Virus record (IMG/VR): IMGVR_UViG_3300042301_004349
Span: 32,001 to 96,000 of that record
Strand: one strand, 5' to 3'
Length of the DNA stretch: 64,000 bases
Source: a virus
The translations under genes and the position numbers were made by a program. Positions within the stretch are counted from its first letter, which is position 1; each line of letters begins with the position of its first letter. The notes beneath the pieces were generated by a model. The model made no database searches. It saw only the letters and a program-made list of their open reading frames with translations, and had not been told where the DNA came from. Shown here piece after piece: positions 9,150-18,482 of the stretch.

Positions 9150-10778
9150 TTACATCCCAAATCCTGCCATACCACCCATGTCATTGTCCTTTTTCTCATT
9201 AGGTTTTTCATGGATAACACATTCAGTCATCAATAATGTAACTGCAGCTGCAGCAGCGTTTTCAAGGGCGCAACGAACTACTTTAGTTGGATCGATGATA
9301 CCTGAATCAAATGCATCTACAATTGCTCCTTTGCTAATATCTGGTACCATGTTTTTAGTTTTAATTAATTGCATCCACCAATCGCTAGAATCTTCACCAG
9401 CATTAGTTAAGATTTGATTAAATGGTTTACCACAAGCCATAAACACGATTTGTTTACCTTTACTTTTATCATCACTTCCTAATGAATTGTTGATATCAAG
9501 TGCTTTTCTAGCTTGTAATAAAGCAACTCCAGCACCTGGTAAAATACCTTCTTCAAGAGCAGCTTTTGTTGCTTGTAAAGCATCGTCAATACGATCTTTC
9601 TTTTCTTCGATTTCAATTTCATTACCACCACCAACATTGATAATAGCAACACCACCAACCATTTTACCTAAACGCTCTTGATATTTTTCAATCTCATAAG
9701 GTGTAGTGTCTGGTTTGTCCATTTGAGCTTTAATATTCAAGATACGCTCTTCAATCTTATCAACATTACCTTTACCATCAACAATTGTAGTTGTATCTTT
9801 TCCAACAGTAGCAACTCTAGATTTACCTAACCAGTTAATATCTAGTTTAGCTAATGTCATACCTTTATCAGATGAAATAACCTGACCTCCAGTTAATGTA
9901 GCAATGTCTTCCAAAATTGCTGTTCTACGATCTCCAAATTCAGGAGCCTTAACAGCACATACTTGCAATACACCTCTAGCTTTATTCATTACTAGGGTAG
10001 CAAGTGCTTCACCATCAATGTCTTCAGCAATAATTAAAAGAGATTTACTCTCAGTAGAAACACGTTCAAGTAGTGGAAGTAAATCCTTAACTGCACTAAT
10101 ACGTTTGTCATAAATTAAAATATAAGGATCATTTAAAGTAACTTGCATTGAGTTATTATCAGTTACAAAGTAAGGTGATTTATAACCTCTATCAAATTGT
10201 AAACCTTCTACAACCTCAAGTGTTGTTTCACCTGTACGTGATTTTTCTACTGTTACTACTCCATCTCTACCTACTTTATCAATTGCTGTTGCAACGATAT
10301 TACCAATTTCTTCATCACCATTTGCTGATAATGTAGCAATTTGTTTAATTTGGTTTTCGTCAGTTACATCTACTGACATTGATTTTAATTCATCAACTAC
10401 AATCTTAACTGCCTCTTCAATACCACGTTTTACCTGAGTAGCATTAGTTGAAGCATAAGCTGTCGCTTGTAAGGCCTGTGTTGCAATTGAATAAGCTAGT
10501 ACTGTTGATGTTGTTGTACCATCACCTGCTTGATCAACCGTTTTAGATGCTGCTTGTTTAATAACAGTAGCTGCCATGTTTTCAATTGGATCTTCCAATG
10601 TAATTGACTTAGCTACAGTTACACCATCTTTTGTTGATGCTACTTGGCCATATTCTTTTTCAATTAATACGTTACGTCCAAAGGGACCCATCGTAGTTGC
10701 TACAGCTTTGTAGACCTTGTCTACACCTTCCTGTAGTTTTTCTTTTGCTTCGCGATCGAAACTGATTATTTTACTCAT
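9150..10778 (-). CDS. groL: chaperonin GroEL
   Basis: TMGPFGRNV, TKDGVTVA, AGDGTTT, GLQFDRGY, GIIDPTKV, GGM tail. Confidence 0.98.
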   Translation of the reverse strand: MSKIISFDREAKEKLQEGVDKVYKAVATTMGPFGRNVLIEKEYGQVASTKDGVTVAKSITLEDPIENMAATVIKQAASKTVDQAGDGTTTSTVLAYSIATQALQATAYASTNATQVKRGIEEAVKIVVDELKSMSVDVTDENQIKQIATLSANGDEEIGNIVATAIDKVGRDGVVTVEKSRTGETTLEVVEGLQFDRGYKSPYFVTDNNSMQVTLNDPYILIYDKRISAVKDLLPLLERVSTESKSLLIIAEDIDGEALATLVMNKARGVLQVCAVKAPEFGDRRTAILEDIATLTGGQVISSDKGMTLAKLDINWLGKSRVATVGKDTTTIVDGKGNVDKIEERILNIKAQMDKPDTTPYEIEKYQERLGKMVGGVAIINVGGGNEIEIEEKKDRIDDALQATKAALEEGILPGAGVALLQARKALDINNSLGSDDKSKGKQIVFMACGKPFNQILTNAGEDSSDWWMQLIKTKNMVPDISKGAIVDAFDSGIIDPTKVVRCALENAAAAAVTLLMTECVIHEKPNEKKDNDMGGMAGFGM

Positions 10779-10781
10779 AGT

Positions 10782-11072
10782 TTATTTTTCTAATACAATT
10801 AACAAATCTGTTTCCTTCATAATAATATATTCCACATCATCAACAGTAACCTTGTTACCCCCGAATGAAGGAAATACCACAACATCTCCTACCTTAAGTG
10901 TTGTTGGAACAAAAGCCCCTGTTTCTGTTGCCCTACCAGGACCAATTTCCACAATCTCACCTTGTAGTGGTTTTTCTTTACCTAAGTCAGCAACAACAAT
11001 ATTGCCATACTTTTGTTCTTGATTTTCATCTTGTTTAATCACAACGTGATTATGTAATGCTTTTATTTTCAT
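10782..11072 (-). CDS. groS: co-chaperonin GroES
   Basis: IKALHNHVVIK, EKPLQGEIVEIGPG, LKVGDVV, IMKETDL; adjacent to groEL. Confidence 0.95.
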   Translation of the reverse strand: MKIKALHNHVVIKQDENQEQKYGNIVVADLGKEKPLQGEIVEIGPGRATETGAFVPTTLKVGDVVVFPSFGGNKVTVDDVEYIIMKETDLLIVLEK

Positions 11073-11099
11073 TGTTTTATTTATTTTATAACTAAAATG

Positions 11100-11117
11100 A
11101 AGATACTGACAGGTCTT
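11100..11117. repeat. arm 1 of the inverted repeat enclosing hsp20
   Basis: aagatactgacaggtctt is the reverse complement of 11773-11791 except for one extra base. Confidence 0.85.
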
Positions 11118-11130
11118 CGGTTTTCAAAAC

Positions 11131-11721
11131 TTATTTTATTGTAACTTTTTTAGGCTTGTTTTCTTTAGCAAATGGAATTTCTAAAATTAACAATCCTTTT
11201 TCTAAAGTAGCAACCATTTTTTGTAAGTCATACTTACTTGAGATTTTAATCCCAATATCAAAACTTGCTTTTTTAATTGTTCTTAACAAGTATCTATACT
11301 CGTTCTTTTCTGATTCTTCATCCTTATCTGTTTTACGATAAGCCACACGTAGTGTTTCTGAATCCACAATTATATCCAGATCTTCTTTGTCTAGACCTAC
11401 TGCTGCAATTTCTATCAGCAGCCCATTTTCTGTTTCTTGAATATCGCAAGGAATACTTGCTACTTTTTCCTTAATAGGACGATACCCTGCATTACTATCG
11501 AAGAAAGATTTCCATAATAGATCCCATTCTTCATTGTAATTCCAAAAGTCGTCGTATGTTGGTTGGATTAATGAATTACCACTATTAAAAATTGAAGTGG
11601 TACCAATAGCTGGAGAGTAACCAAATGTGAGGCTTGTATTGCCTGATGTTGTGTTGAATACGGCTGATGTGCTTGTTCCTTGCAAGGTAACAGGGACATC
11701 CCCAAAGTTTGTTTTTGTCAT
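11131..11721 (-). CDS. small heat-shock protein Hsp20 (alpha-crystallin domain)
   Basis: DIQETENGLLIEIAAVGLDKEDLDI...ATLEKGLLILEIP. Confidence 0.88.
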   Translation of the reverse strand: MTKTNFGDVPVTLQGTSTSAVFNTTSGNTSLTFGYSPAIGTTSIFNSGNSLIQPTYDDFWNYNEEWDLLWKSFFDSNAGYRPIKEKVASIPCDIQETENGLLIEIAAVGLDKEDLDIIVDSETLRVAYRKTDKDEESEKNEYRYLLRTIKKASFDIGIKISSKYDLQKMVATLEKGLLILEIPFAKENKPKKVTIK

Positions 11722-11772
11722 TTTTTAAACGTTTGTGCTTCCCTAAGGTAAGCGGTTGATAGATAAATAAAT

Positions 11773-11791
11773 AAGACCTGTCAAGTATCTT
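11773..11791. repeat. arm 2 of the inverted repeat enclosing hsp20
   Basis: aagacctgtcaagtatctt; 18/19 complementary to 11100-11117. Confidence 0.85.
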
Positions 11792-11811
11792 AAATATAAA
11801 TATATACGAGC

Positions 11812-12534
11812 TTAAATTTTTGCTAACATCACATAAGATGATTTTTGTCCATCTTCACTTGCAAAATCTAATTTCATTGCCCCTTCATTGCTAACCCACA
11901 TAGTGCCTGCTGCTCCGTAATTAGCATCAAAAATAGACTTTAAATATTCTGCATTGAATTGTAATGGTGTTTGAATACCATCTTTTGATTCCAATGGCAC
12001 TTCCTCAAAATCAATCTTATTTGAATGGCCTTCGGGTTCGCCTAAAGTGAAATTAATTATTTTACCTGTGTCTTTTGATGATAAACTAATAGTGCAAAAT
12101 TCACTACCTAATGCTTTCTTAGCTTTAATCCATTTACCAATAAATTCATTTGTAATACCGAATGAATAATCGCTTTCAAATTCCTCAACTGTAAAGTTTA
12201 CTTGTGGTGCTAACATCAAATTAGCAAGCGCATACTCTAAGTTGTATTCATTGTCGGCTACTAATAGTTTAGTGGCGATGTTGCCTTGGAATTGTATATC
12301 CGTAGTAAGGAATTGGTTACATATACCAACAAGCTTTAGAAATTTACTTGTGTCAAATATAACAAACTCACTATCGACTAATTCAACAGGACCTGTTACT
12401 ACACCTACCATATCTTTAGTGGCAGAGAATGTCTTGATAGTTGCTACCTTATCTTTAACACTCCATCTTACTTTTTCACCTACTCCATTTAAGTAGTACT
12501 TGTCTATCAATGAGACGAATGATTGTTTTTCCAT
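11812..12534 (-). CDS. DNA polymerase sliding clamp (T4 gp45-like)
   Basis: 240 aa alpha/beta pattern (F.IFDTSKFLK, FNAEYLKSI, SNEGAMKLDF); lies between PolB and the clamp loader. Confidence 0.7.
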   Translation of the reverse strand: MEKQSFVSLIDKYYLNGVGEKVRWSVKDKVATIKTFSATKDMVGVVTGPVELVDSEFVIFDTSKFLKLVGICNQFLTTDIQFQGNIATKLLVADNEYNLEYALANLMLAPQVNFTVEEFESDYSFGITNEFIGKWIKAKKALGSEFCTISLSSKDTGKIINFTLGEPEGHSNKIDFEEVPLESKDGIQTPLQFNAEYLKSIFDANYGAAGTMWVSNEGAMKLDFASEDGQKSSYVMLAKI

Positions 12535-12535
12535 A

Positions 12536-12874
12536 TTATTTCCAAAATATTTGAATTAAAATTATAACAACTCCTAGGCTTAAACAAGTAAGTGTTTTAG
12601 GAGTTAGAGGCTCATCAAACATATAATGAGACATGATTGTGAATACTGCTACTCCAATACCAAATCCAATTAAACGTGAAGGCCATATAGCACCATCATA
12701 TGCTGCTACAAAATATTTTACAGAATACATAAATAATAGCGAAATAGGTACTCCCATACATGCTACTAATAATGTATTGTTTTTAAACCATTCATATTTA
12801 ATTTGTCCTTGTAATTGGAGAAATGTAATGATTTGAGCTAACAGACCAAATATAAAACCTTTGAATAAATTCAT
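12536..12874 (-). CDS. four-TM small membrane protein (SMR/DMT-like)
   Basis: four hydrophobic segments, FDEPLTPK before the last helix. Confidence 0.55.
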   Translation of the reverse strand: MNLFKGFIFGLLAQIITFLQLQGQIKYEWFKNNTLLVACMGVPISLLFMYSVKYFVAAYDGAIWPSRLIGFGIGVAVFTIMSHYMFDEPLTPKTLTCLSLGVVIILIQIFWK

Positions 12875-12878
12875 AACG

Positions 12879-12910
12879 TGAATATACGATTAATATTTGG
12901 ACTAACCAAA
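12879..12910 (-). promoter_or_regulatory. Bacteroidota-type promoter upstream of the membrane protein / clamp genes
   Basis: TTTG-N20-TATATTCA, 4 nt from the ATG. Confidence 0.5.
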
Positions 12911-15475
12911 TTTAAAAAATTTACTTGCTTTTTCATGCATCGATGGAAAATCCCAACCCAAATCCTCATATATACCTACTAACTTATTCATTAATGTTGC
13001 TTCGAATCCCTCATCTCTATCAGCATATTGATCAATAAACTGGTTGATGAATTCTGGGTCTTTGCCTGTGAAACCAATTACATCAATTCGGTATGGGTTA
13101 TCCTTTAGTTGGATATATTTCATTTTATCACCTTCAGTGAAACATGGATATTGCTTATCTAGTTTCTTGAAGCGCAATAAATCATTATACCATATTGCTG
13201 CTTTGGTATTAATAGGACATTTTAATTTTAATGTACTAAATATCTCACCAATGCCTGGTTTACGATCAATGTATGAGGATACTTGTTTTACTCCTGTAGG
13301 TTTAGCTAGTTCAGCAATGGGGATTGTTTTAACAAGTTTCTTAAAATCAATTATTTGTTGATCAATATCTGATTTAGGTTTACCAAACATAATGTCTTGG
13401 ATCAATTTCTCCCCAAATTTAGAATACATTGGAGTCATATTTGATTTCATCAAGTCAAGACCCTTCATGTCTAGTTCATCAACAGTAACACCCTCCTTAT
13501 TTACAATATACATTGCATAACGGCGCTTACCTGCAAAGTAACCTCTTTCAATAATCACTTCCTGCTTTAATTCAAAGTAGTGAGGACGTTCTTTAACATT
13601 GAAATATTCTCTAGTTACTTTATCAATATTATCATTTGCTGCTTTTTGTATTTCTGTAGCAATTTCTAATACTGCTTTAATATATTCATCCTTAGTTTTA
13701 GTTTCAGGATAACGCTGTAACACTAAATCTTTACATTCAATAAACAATGAATCAGTATCAGAGGTAACTACATAGTCCTTATCTGTAGTGCCTAACTCTT
13801 TATTCATCCACTTGTTTACAAATTTGATTGATTCTTGTGTTACGCGTTGGCCTGTTAATGTGATTGCTTTGGATATAAGTTTATGACCATCGGTATAGCG
13901 CCAACCATTAATAGCATAGCAACCATAAACGTCATTCAATTTAATTTTATAGGCGTGTTGTCTTCTATTATAAAATTCACCTTTAACAGCATCACCTGAT
14001 TTGTATGCTTGTTTCATTAGGTTCTTATATTCAACACGTTTATTAAACCAATCAGTTAATACATCACATACTACTGATGATTTATCTGTTCTAAACATAG
14101 CACCAGATGCTGCAACTAGTATATCACCTTTTTCAATGAAACTGATAATTTGCTCTACTGTAGTTTGAGATTGGTTAGTTGTTTTATCATCTTTAAGACG
14201 CTCAATAGTAATCATTTGTTTAGGATCCATTCGTTTTAGATCACCTAATGTCCATTGATTGTCATACTTATCATTATTAACTATTCGGCCAACATATGTT
14301 TCAATGCCAATGTTAAGTGAACGTATAATTGACGGATACAGCGATGTAAAGTCCAAGTCAATAACCCATTCATAAAGTCCAGGTACTGGGTCTTTTAAGT
14401 AGCCACCAGCATATTCTTCCTTGATGTCATATAGTGCAGGACGAGTAGTAGTTGGTTTGTTTGGTGAAACTATACCTTGACGTTTTAGATATGTTAATAT
14501 AGCTCCATCATTTAACGCTGTTGATAGATAGATTTGTTCATAAGGCACATGACACAAATGACAAATAGCAATAGTTAATTCAATAAATTTAAATCGTTTT
14601 TCTAATTCAATAAGAATTTCAACGTCACGAATGTTATATTCAATGAATTTATTTATGTCCTCAGTAAATAATCTATCAAGATTACCTTCATATTCGATTT
14701 TAGATAATTTAGCATATTTCTCTCCAATATCACCTAATCGATAAGATGGTTCTTGTTTAGCGTTGTATTTTTTAAATAACAACATATAGTCCAAATGATT
14801 CAACCCTGCTAATTCTACAGGAGAATCATTTACATATTGTCCAAATTTAACTTTCTTAAGTGGAGATAAACGAATAGCTTGATTAGCTCCTAATTGGTTC
14901 TCAATTCTATAATATAAGAATGGAACGTCAAAATATTCACTATTCCAACCAGTAACAATAGTAGGATCTAATTGTTCCCACAAATTAAGAAATGCATGTA
15001 ATAAATCATGCTCATGAGGGAATGGAATAATTGCTCTACTTTCTTCATTAATAGTTTGTAACTGTTTTTTCTCATCTAGGATTAAACAATAATACTTTTT
15101 AGTAGTATTATCATAAACAGCAATAGAAGTAATTTTAGTAGGAGCACGTTTGATAAGATCAGGTGTTAATGCACCTGCAATCTCACACTCAATATCGAAA
15201 TAAACAATATTCTGCCATTCAGGGGCATCATCACTATCTCTGTATTTATCAATCAATACTGCTGTATTAGCATCTAAATCAGATTCATATAGTGAATTAT
15301 CCTTCCAATCATATTTAGTAATTGGGTTTGCTCGTTTACCATCTAATGTAGGAAATTGACCATTTGGGTCAATAATGTAGCGTGGACGATTATATTTAAA
15401 TTCGTTCCAACCAGTTTTGTCATCACGTAGATGAAATGTATAGGTAGACCTATCGTAATAAATTGCTTGATACAT
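12902..15475 (-). CDS. family B DNA polymerase
   Basis: ExoI FDIE, ExoII GWNSEYFD, DLDFTSLYPS, K..LN..YG, SDTDS; no intein seen. Confidence 0.97.
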   Translation of the reverse strand: MYQAIYYDRSTYTFHLRDDKTGWNEFKYNRPRYIIDPNGQFPTLDGKRANPITKYDWKDNSLYESDLDANTAVLIDKYRDSDDAPEWQNIVYFDIECEIAGALTPDLIKRAPTKITSIAVYDNTTKKYYCLILDEKKQLQTINEESRAIIPFPHEHDLLHAFLNLWEQLDPTIVTGWNSEYFDVPFLYYRIENQLGANQAIRLSPLKKVKFGQYVNDSPVELAGLNHLDYMLLFKKYNAKQEPSYRLGDIGEKYAKLSKIEYEGNLDRLFTEDINKFIEYNIRDVEILIELEKRFKFIELTIAICHLCHVPYEQIYLSTALNDGAILTYLKRQGIVSPNKPTTTRPALYDIKEEYAGGYLKDPVPGLYEWVIDLDFTSLYPSIIRSLNIGIETYVGRIVNNDKYDNQWTLGDLKRMDPKQMITIERLKDDKTTNQSQTTVEQIISFIEKGDILVAASGAMFRTDKSSVVCDVLTDWFNKRVEYKNLMKQAYKSGDAVKGEFYNRRQHAYKIKLNDVYGCYAINGWRYTDGHKLISKAITLTGQRVTQESIKFVNKWMNKELGTTDKDYVVTSDTDSLFIECKDLVLQRYPETKTKDEYIKAVLEIATEIQKAANDNIDKVTREYFNVKERPHYFELKQEVIIERGYFAGKRRYAMYIVNKEGVTVDELDMKGLDLMKSNMTPMYSKFGEKLIQDIMFGKPKSDIDQQIIDFKKLVKTIPIAELAKPTGVKQVSSYIDRKPGIGEIFSTLKLKCPINTKAAIWYNDLLRFKKLDKQYPCFTEGDKMKYIQLKDNPYRIDVIGFTGKDPEFINQFIDQYADRDEGFEATLMNKLVGIYEDLGWDFPSMHEKASKFFKFG

Positions 15476-15515
15476 AACTTAAATGTAAGATGGGGGTTTT
15501 GACACCCCCAATTTA

Positions 15516-16061
15516 CTATAATGAACTTCTTTGCTTATCACCCTGCCACTGCCCATTGTATTCTTCGGCAGAATCACATTCATGGAAATAAATTTGTGCT
15601 ACACGAGCATCTTTTTCAATGAATATAGTTTCATGAACATAAAGCAACGTACCCATATTTTCAGTTTCAAATCCTGGATCAAACACGGGGCTATTAATAA
15701 TTGCTCCGTTGCGATATAATGATGAACGTTGTTTAATGAATGCTACTCTATTATTAGGAATTTTGCAACCTTCGTGGAATGTAATATCATATACACCTTC
15801 ATACAACAACCAACCTTCATCTCCATCTAACCTAATAGGATCAACTGGAGTGTATTCTGTTAGTTCGGTTTTGGATTTTAAGACTTTACCAATTTTGTTA
15901 CTCTTTTTGTTTAGAATTCCTCCCTTTCCATTTTCAACATACTGCATTCCCACTTTATTTACTGATTTAAGGGATAAATCGTAACCAACTTGTGCAGGTT
16001 TGCCTTTTGTGTTTTCTAACTTAAGTAATCCTTGTTCAAGGATTTGTTCAGCGTTTAACAT
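15516..16061 (-). CDS. dUTPase / dCTP deaminase family protein
   Basis: GYDL, QRSSL.R.G, FDPGF, RVAQI, YNGQWQG. Confidence 0.85.
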   Translation of the reverse strand: MLNAEQILEQGLLKLENTKGKPAQVGYDLSLKSVNKVGMQYVENGKGGILNKKSNKIGKVLKSKTELTEYTPVDPIRLDGDEGWLLYEGVYDITFHEGCKIPNNRVAFIKQRSSLYRNGAIINSPVFDPGFETENMGTLLYVHETIFIEKDARVAQIYFHECDSAEEYNGQWQGDKQRSSL

Positions 16062-16065
16062 AACT

Positions 16066-16248
16066 TTATTTTATTTTTTTAGACTCTACGTATTTTGCTT
16101 TTAATATTTCAGCTCTACGTTTAACTGATGGTTTTGTGAATGTTTGTCTTTCGCGTAATTCTTCAACAATACCCATTTTACTATGTTTGTTTTTGTATTG
16201 TTTTAATACTTGCTCAATAGGTTTATTACGTGCGTCGATTATAATCAT
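16066..16248 (-). CDS. rpsU: ribosomal protein bS21 (Bacteroidota-type)
   Basis: IEQVLKQYK.K...GIVEELRERQTFTKPSVKRR..I.KA.Y matches the bS21 signature. Confidence 0.88.
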   Translation of the reverse strand: MIIIDARNKPIEQVLKQYKNKHSKMGIVEELRERQTFTKPSVKRRAEILKAKYVESKKIK

Positions 16249-16252
16249 ACAG

Positions 16253-16260
16253 ATAAATAT
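16253..16260 (-). promoter_or_regulatory. ATATTTAT putative phage late promoter, 4 nt upstream of the bS21 ATG
   Basis: one of 18 copies found just upstream of gene starts. Confidence 0.55.
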
Positions 16261-16261
16261 A

Positions 16262-16423
16262 TTAAAGTTCCTCTACAATTCCTAATATTTCTGCTAATCC
16301 TAATAGGATTGCAGTATCCACGAACATTTGATTAAATAAAAACCAACAAGCTGTCAGTCTTAATGCGCTTTTGAATAAACTTATCCAAAAGTGTGTGTTT
16401 GTTTTACTCTCCTTTGGCTGCAT
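16262..16423 (-). CDS. small membrane protein (53 aa, absent from the ORF track)
   Basis: MQPKESKTNTHFWISLFKSALRLTACWFLFNQMFVDTAILLGLAEILGIVEEL; fills the gap exactly. Confidence 0.6.
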   Translation of the reverse strand: MQPKESKTNTHFWISLFKSALRLTACWFLFNQMFVDTAILLGLAEILGIVEEL

Positions 16424-16817
16424 AGTCTGCTATTGTTTTTGAATCAGCTCTTTCCCATGGATATACAATCCATTCATCTTCAACTACTTCATGAAAGAAT
16501 GTAGGTTGAACTGATGCTGTTAATTTAGTATGAATTGTTGTAAATGGGATTCCATATTTCCAATAATTGTACATTGTAGTTCCAGAATCACAAATATCAT
16601 CAACAACTAGTGTTGTATTATTTATTACCATTCCTGGTTTAAATAATGGGATACTTAATTTATGAGATAGCATTACCATAGGAATTAATCCTCCTCTAGG
16701 CATACCATAAACATGTTTAATATCATAATTGCTGGATAGTATTTGAGCCGCTATATTTTCTATAGCGGCATCAATGTACTCCCAAGTAATAAACCTTTTA
16801 TTAGAATTTTGCTCCAT
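16404..16817 (-). CDS. type I phosphoribosyltransferase (xanthine/guanine PRT-like)
   Basis: GMPRGGL, PRPP loop LVVDDICDSGTT, WIVYPWE. Confidence 0.88.
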   Translation of the reverse strand: MEQNSNKRFITWEYIDAAIENIAAQILSSNYDIKHVYGMPRGGLIPMVMLSHKLSIPLFKPGMVINNTTLVVDDICDSGTTMYNYWKYGIPFTTIHTKLTASVQPTFFHEVVEDEWIVYPWERADSKTIADYAAKGE

Positions 16818-17433
16818 TTACTTCAATTGCATGTAAGAATTCTTCTCTAATTAAATTATCTTTCTCCATAAACACACCACTAAATTTATTTGTAGTCATT
16901 ACAGAACCATGTTTAATACCTCTGTGTGAGCAACAAGTATGTTTACAAGCAATACTAACTGCTACTGATTCACACTGCATTTTATCTGCAACATAATCGT
17001 GAATTTGTGTTGTTAATGATTCTTGCATTTGTGGTCTACGACCAAACCATTCAACAATACGATTCAATTTACTCAAACCAATAACATTTTCAGCAGGAAC
17101 ATATGCTACGGTAGCATAACCTGTAAATGCTAAATTGTGGTGAGCACACATACTAACAATAGGAATACCTGATTGAATTACTAACCCATCGTATCCTTCA
17201 TCATTAGGGAATACTGTAATATTTGGCTCGTCAGTAACAGAACCTACAATTAGATCTTTCAACCATGCCTTAGCAACACGACGAGGTGTATCTACTGTTT
17301 GACGATCTGCTTTATAATCGAATCCAACTGCTGTAAGGAACTGAGCGTATGCTGCAGATGCATTTTCGATCATTTGCTCAATTTCTTCTGGTGTACGAGC
17401 TAGATTACCATTTGATTTTTCTAATAATTTCAT
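16801..17433 (-). CDS. folE: GTP cyclohydrolase I
   Basis: TPRRVAK, SMCAHH, GLSKLNR, RRPQMQE, HTC..HRG. Confidence 0.95.
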   Translation of the reverse strand: MKLLEKSNGNLARTPEEIEQMIENASAAYAQFLTAVGFDYKADRQTVDTPRRVAKAWLKDLIVGSVTDEPNITVFPNDEGYDGLVIQSGIPIVSMCAHHNLAFTGYATVAYVPAENVIGLSKLNRIVEWFGRRPQMQESLTTQIHDYVADKMQCESVAVSIACKHTCCSHRGIKHGSVMTTNKFSGVFMEKDNLIREEFLHAIEVNGAKF

Positions 17434-17434
17434 A

Positions 17435-17530
17435 TTATTTTAATTTATTAATTTGTCTAATCATGTTTACAGCACCAAATGCTGATAGTATTGCTATTAC
17501 AATATAACCTCCAATAATTAATTCTTCCAT
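17435..17530 (-). CDS. tiny single-TM protein (31 aa)
   Basis: MEELIIGGYIVIAILSAFGAVNMIRQINKLK fills the queE-folE gap. Confidence 0.45.
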   Translation of the reverse strand: MEELIIGGYIVIAILSAFGAVNMIRQINKLK

Positions 17531-17531
17531 A

Positions 17532-18362
17532 TTATACGTTTAATGTTTTATTCCAAGCAGCAATATGCAGTCTTGTCAAACCACGGAAACGATATTTTTT
17601 AGCCATTTCCAAACAGAATTGAGTACGCTCCTCAAACTCAGCAGCATCATCTAAACCAGGCATACAAACAACGTTTTTAAGTGGTATATTAAATGGTACT
17701 ACAAAGTCACGGAATAATTCTTGTACATCTTCTTCTGTACTAATAACGAACTTAAATTGGTAGTTTGAATGTTCCATAATGCGACTAATAGCAGCGGGAA
17801 CAATACGTTGCTTCTCAGTCATACCTGAGTTAGCTAACTTAGGTGAGCAATTAATTTGGTCTAACTGACTGAATAATTCATCTCCAATATAAATTGTACC
17901 ATTTGTTTCAATTTCACTATATGGAGTAATTGAAGTATCTAATTTATACCAGTAATATAGGAAATTACAAATTGCCTCTTGATGTCCCTTAATTGTAGGC
18001 TCACCACCAGTCCAAATAATATGAATATTACCATCTTTAATATCATCATAAACATCCTGTTCTTTCCAACGATCAATTAGATATTGAAAATCTTTATCTT
18101 CACCTCTCCACAACCACTGGCTTGTAGAATCACAAGTCCAAGTTGCTTTACCTTCAGCATGAAGGTCACCAACGAATATTTCTCCATCTTCTAATGTTTG
18201 TTCTTTCATTAACTTGTTGGTAAACATTCTGCTCATACCACAGGTAAGATTACAAACACCAAGACGGACAAAGTAAGAAGGAACTCCAGAAGAAATACCT
18301 TCACCCTGCACACTGTAAAAATCACTACTGATTAGTAGTTTATTTGGATCAATTTTGCTCAT
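17532..18362 (-). CDS. queE: 7-carboxy-7-deazaguanine synthase (radical SAM)
   Basis: FYSVQGEG, FVRL..C, TGGEP, IETNG, CSPK, KFV, RLH..W; cysteine motif is CX3CX35C. Confidence 0.9.
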   Translation of the reverse strand: MSKIDPNKLLISSDFYSVQGEGISSGVPSYFVRLGVCNLTCGMSRMFTNKLMKEQTLEDGEIFVGDLHAEGKATWTCDSTSQWLWRGEDKDFQYLIDRWKEQDVYDDIKDGNIHIIWTGGEPTIKGHQEAICNFLYYWYKLDTSITPYSEIETNGTIYIGDELFSQLDQINCSPKLANSGMTEKQRIVPAAISRIMEHSNYQFKFVISTEEDVQELFRDFVVPFNIPLKNVVCMPGLDDAAEFEERTQFCLEMAKKYRFRGLTRLHIAAWNKTLNV

Positions 18363-18481
18363 TTAAATATTGTTTTTATATAATTGAATATAGGACTAAA
18401 ATTATGCCATTCCAAGATTATAAACATAATGCTTGGATGTCTATCTCCACAAAGTCCTAATACATGGATTATTTCGTGCAT
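18359..18481 (-). CDS. small hypothetical protein (40 aa)
   Basis: MHEIIHVLGLCGDRHPSIMF...; its TGA overlaps the queE ATG (ATGA). Confidence 0.4.
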   Translation of the reverse strand: MHEIIHVLGLCGDRHPSIMFIILEWHNFSPIFNYIKTIFK

Positions 18482-18482
18482 G

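Noticed and set aside
15491-15510. GC-rich hairpin TGGGGGT...ACCCCCA as a terminator before polB
   Set aside because: No U-tract on the coding strand and it lies within a candidate promoter spacer; function unresolved
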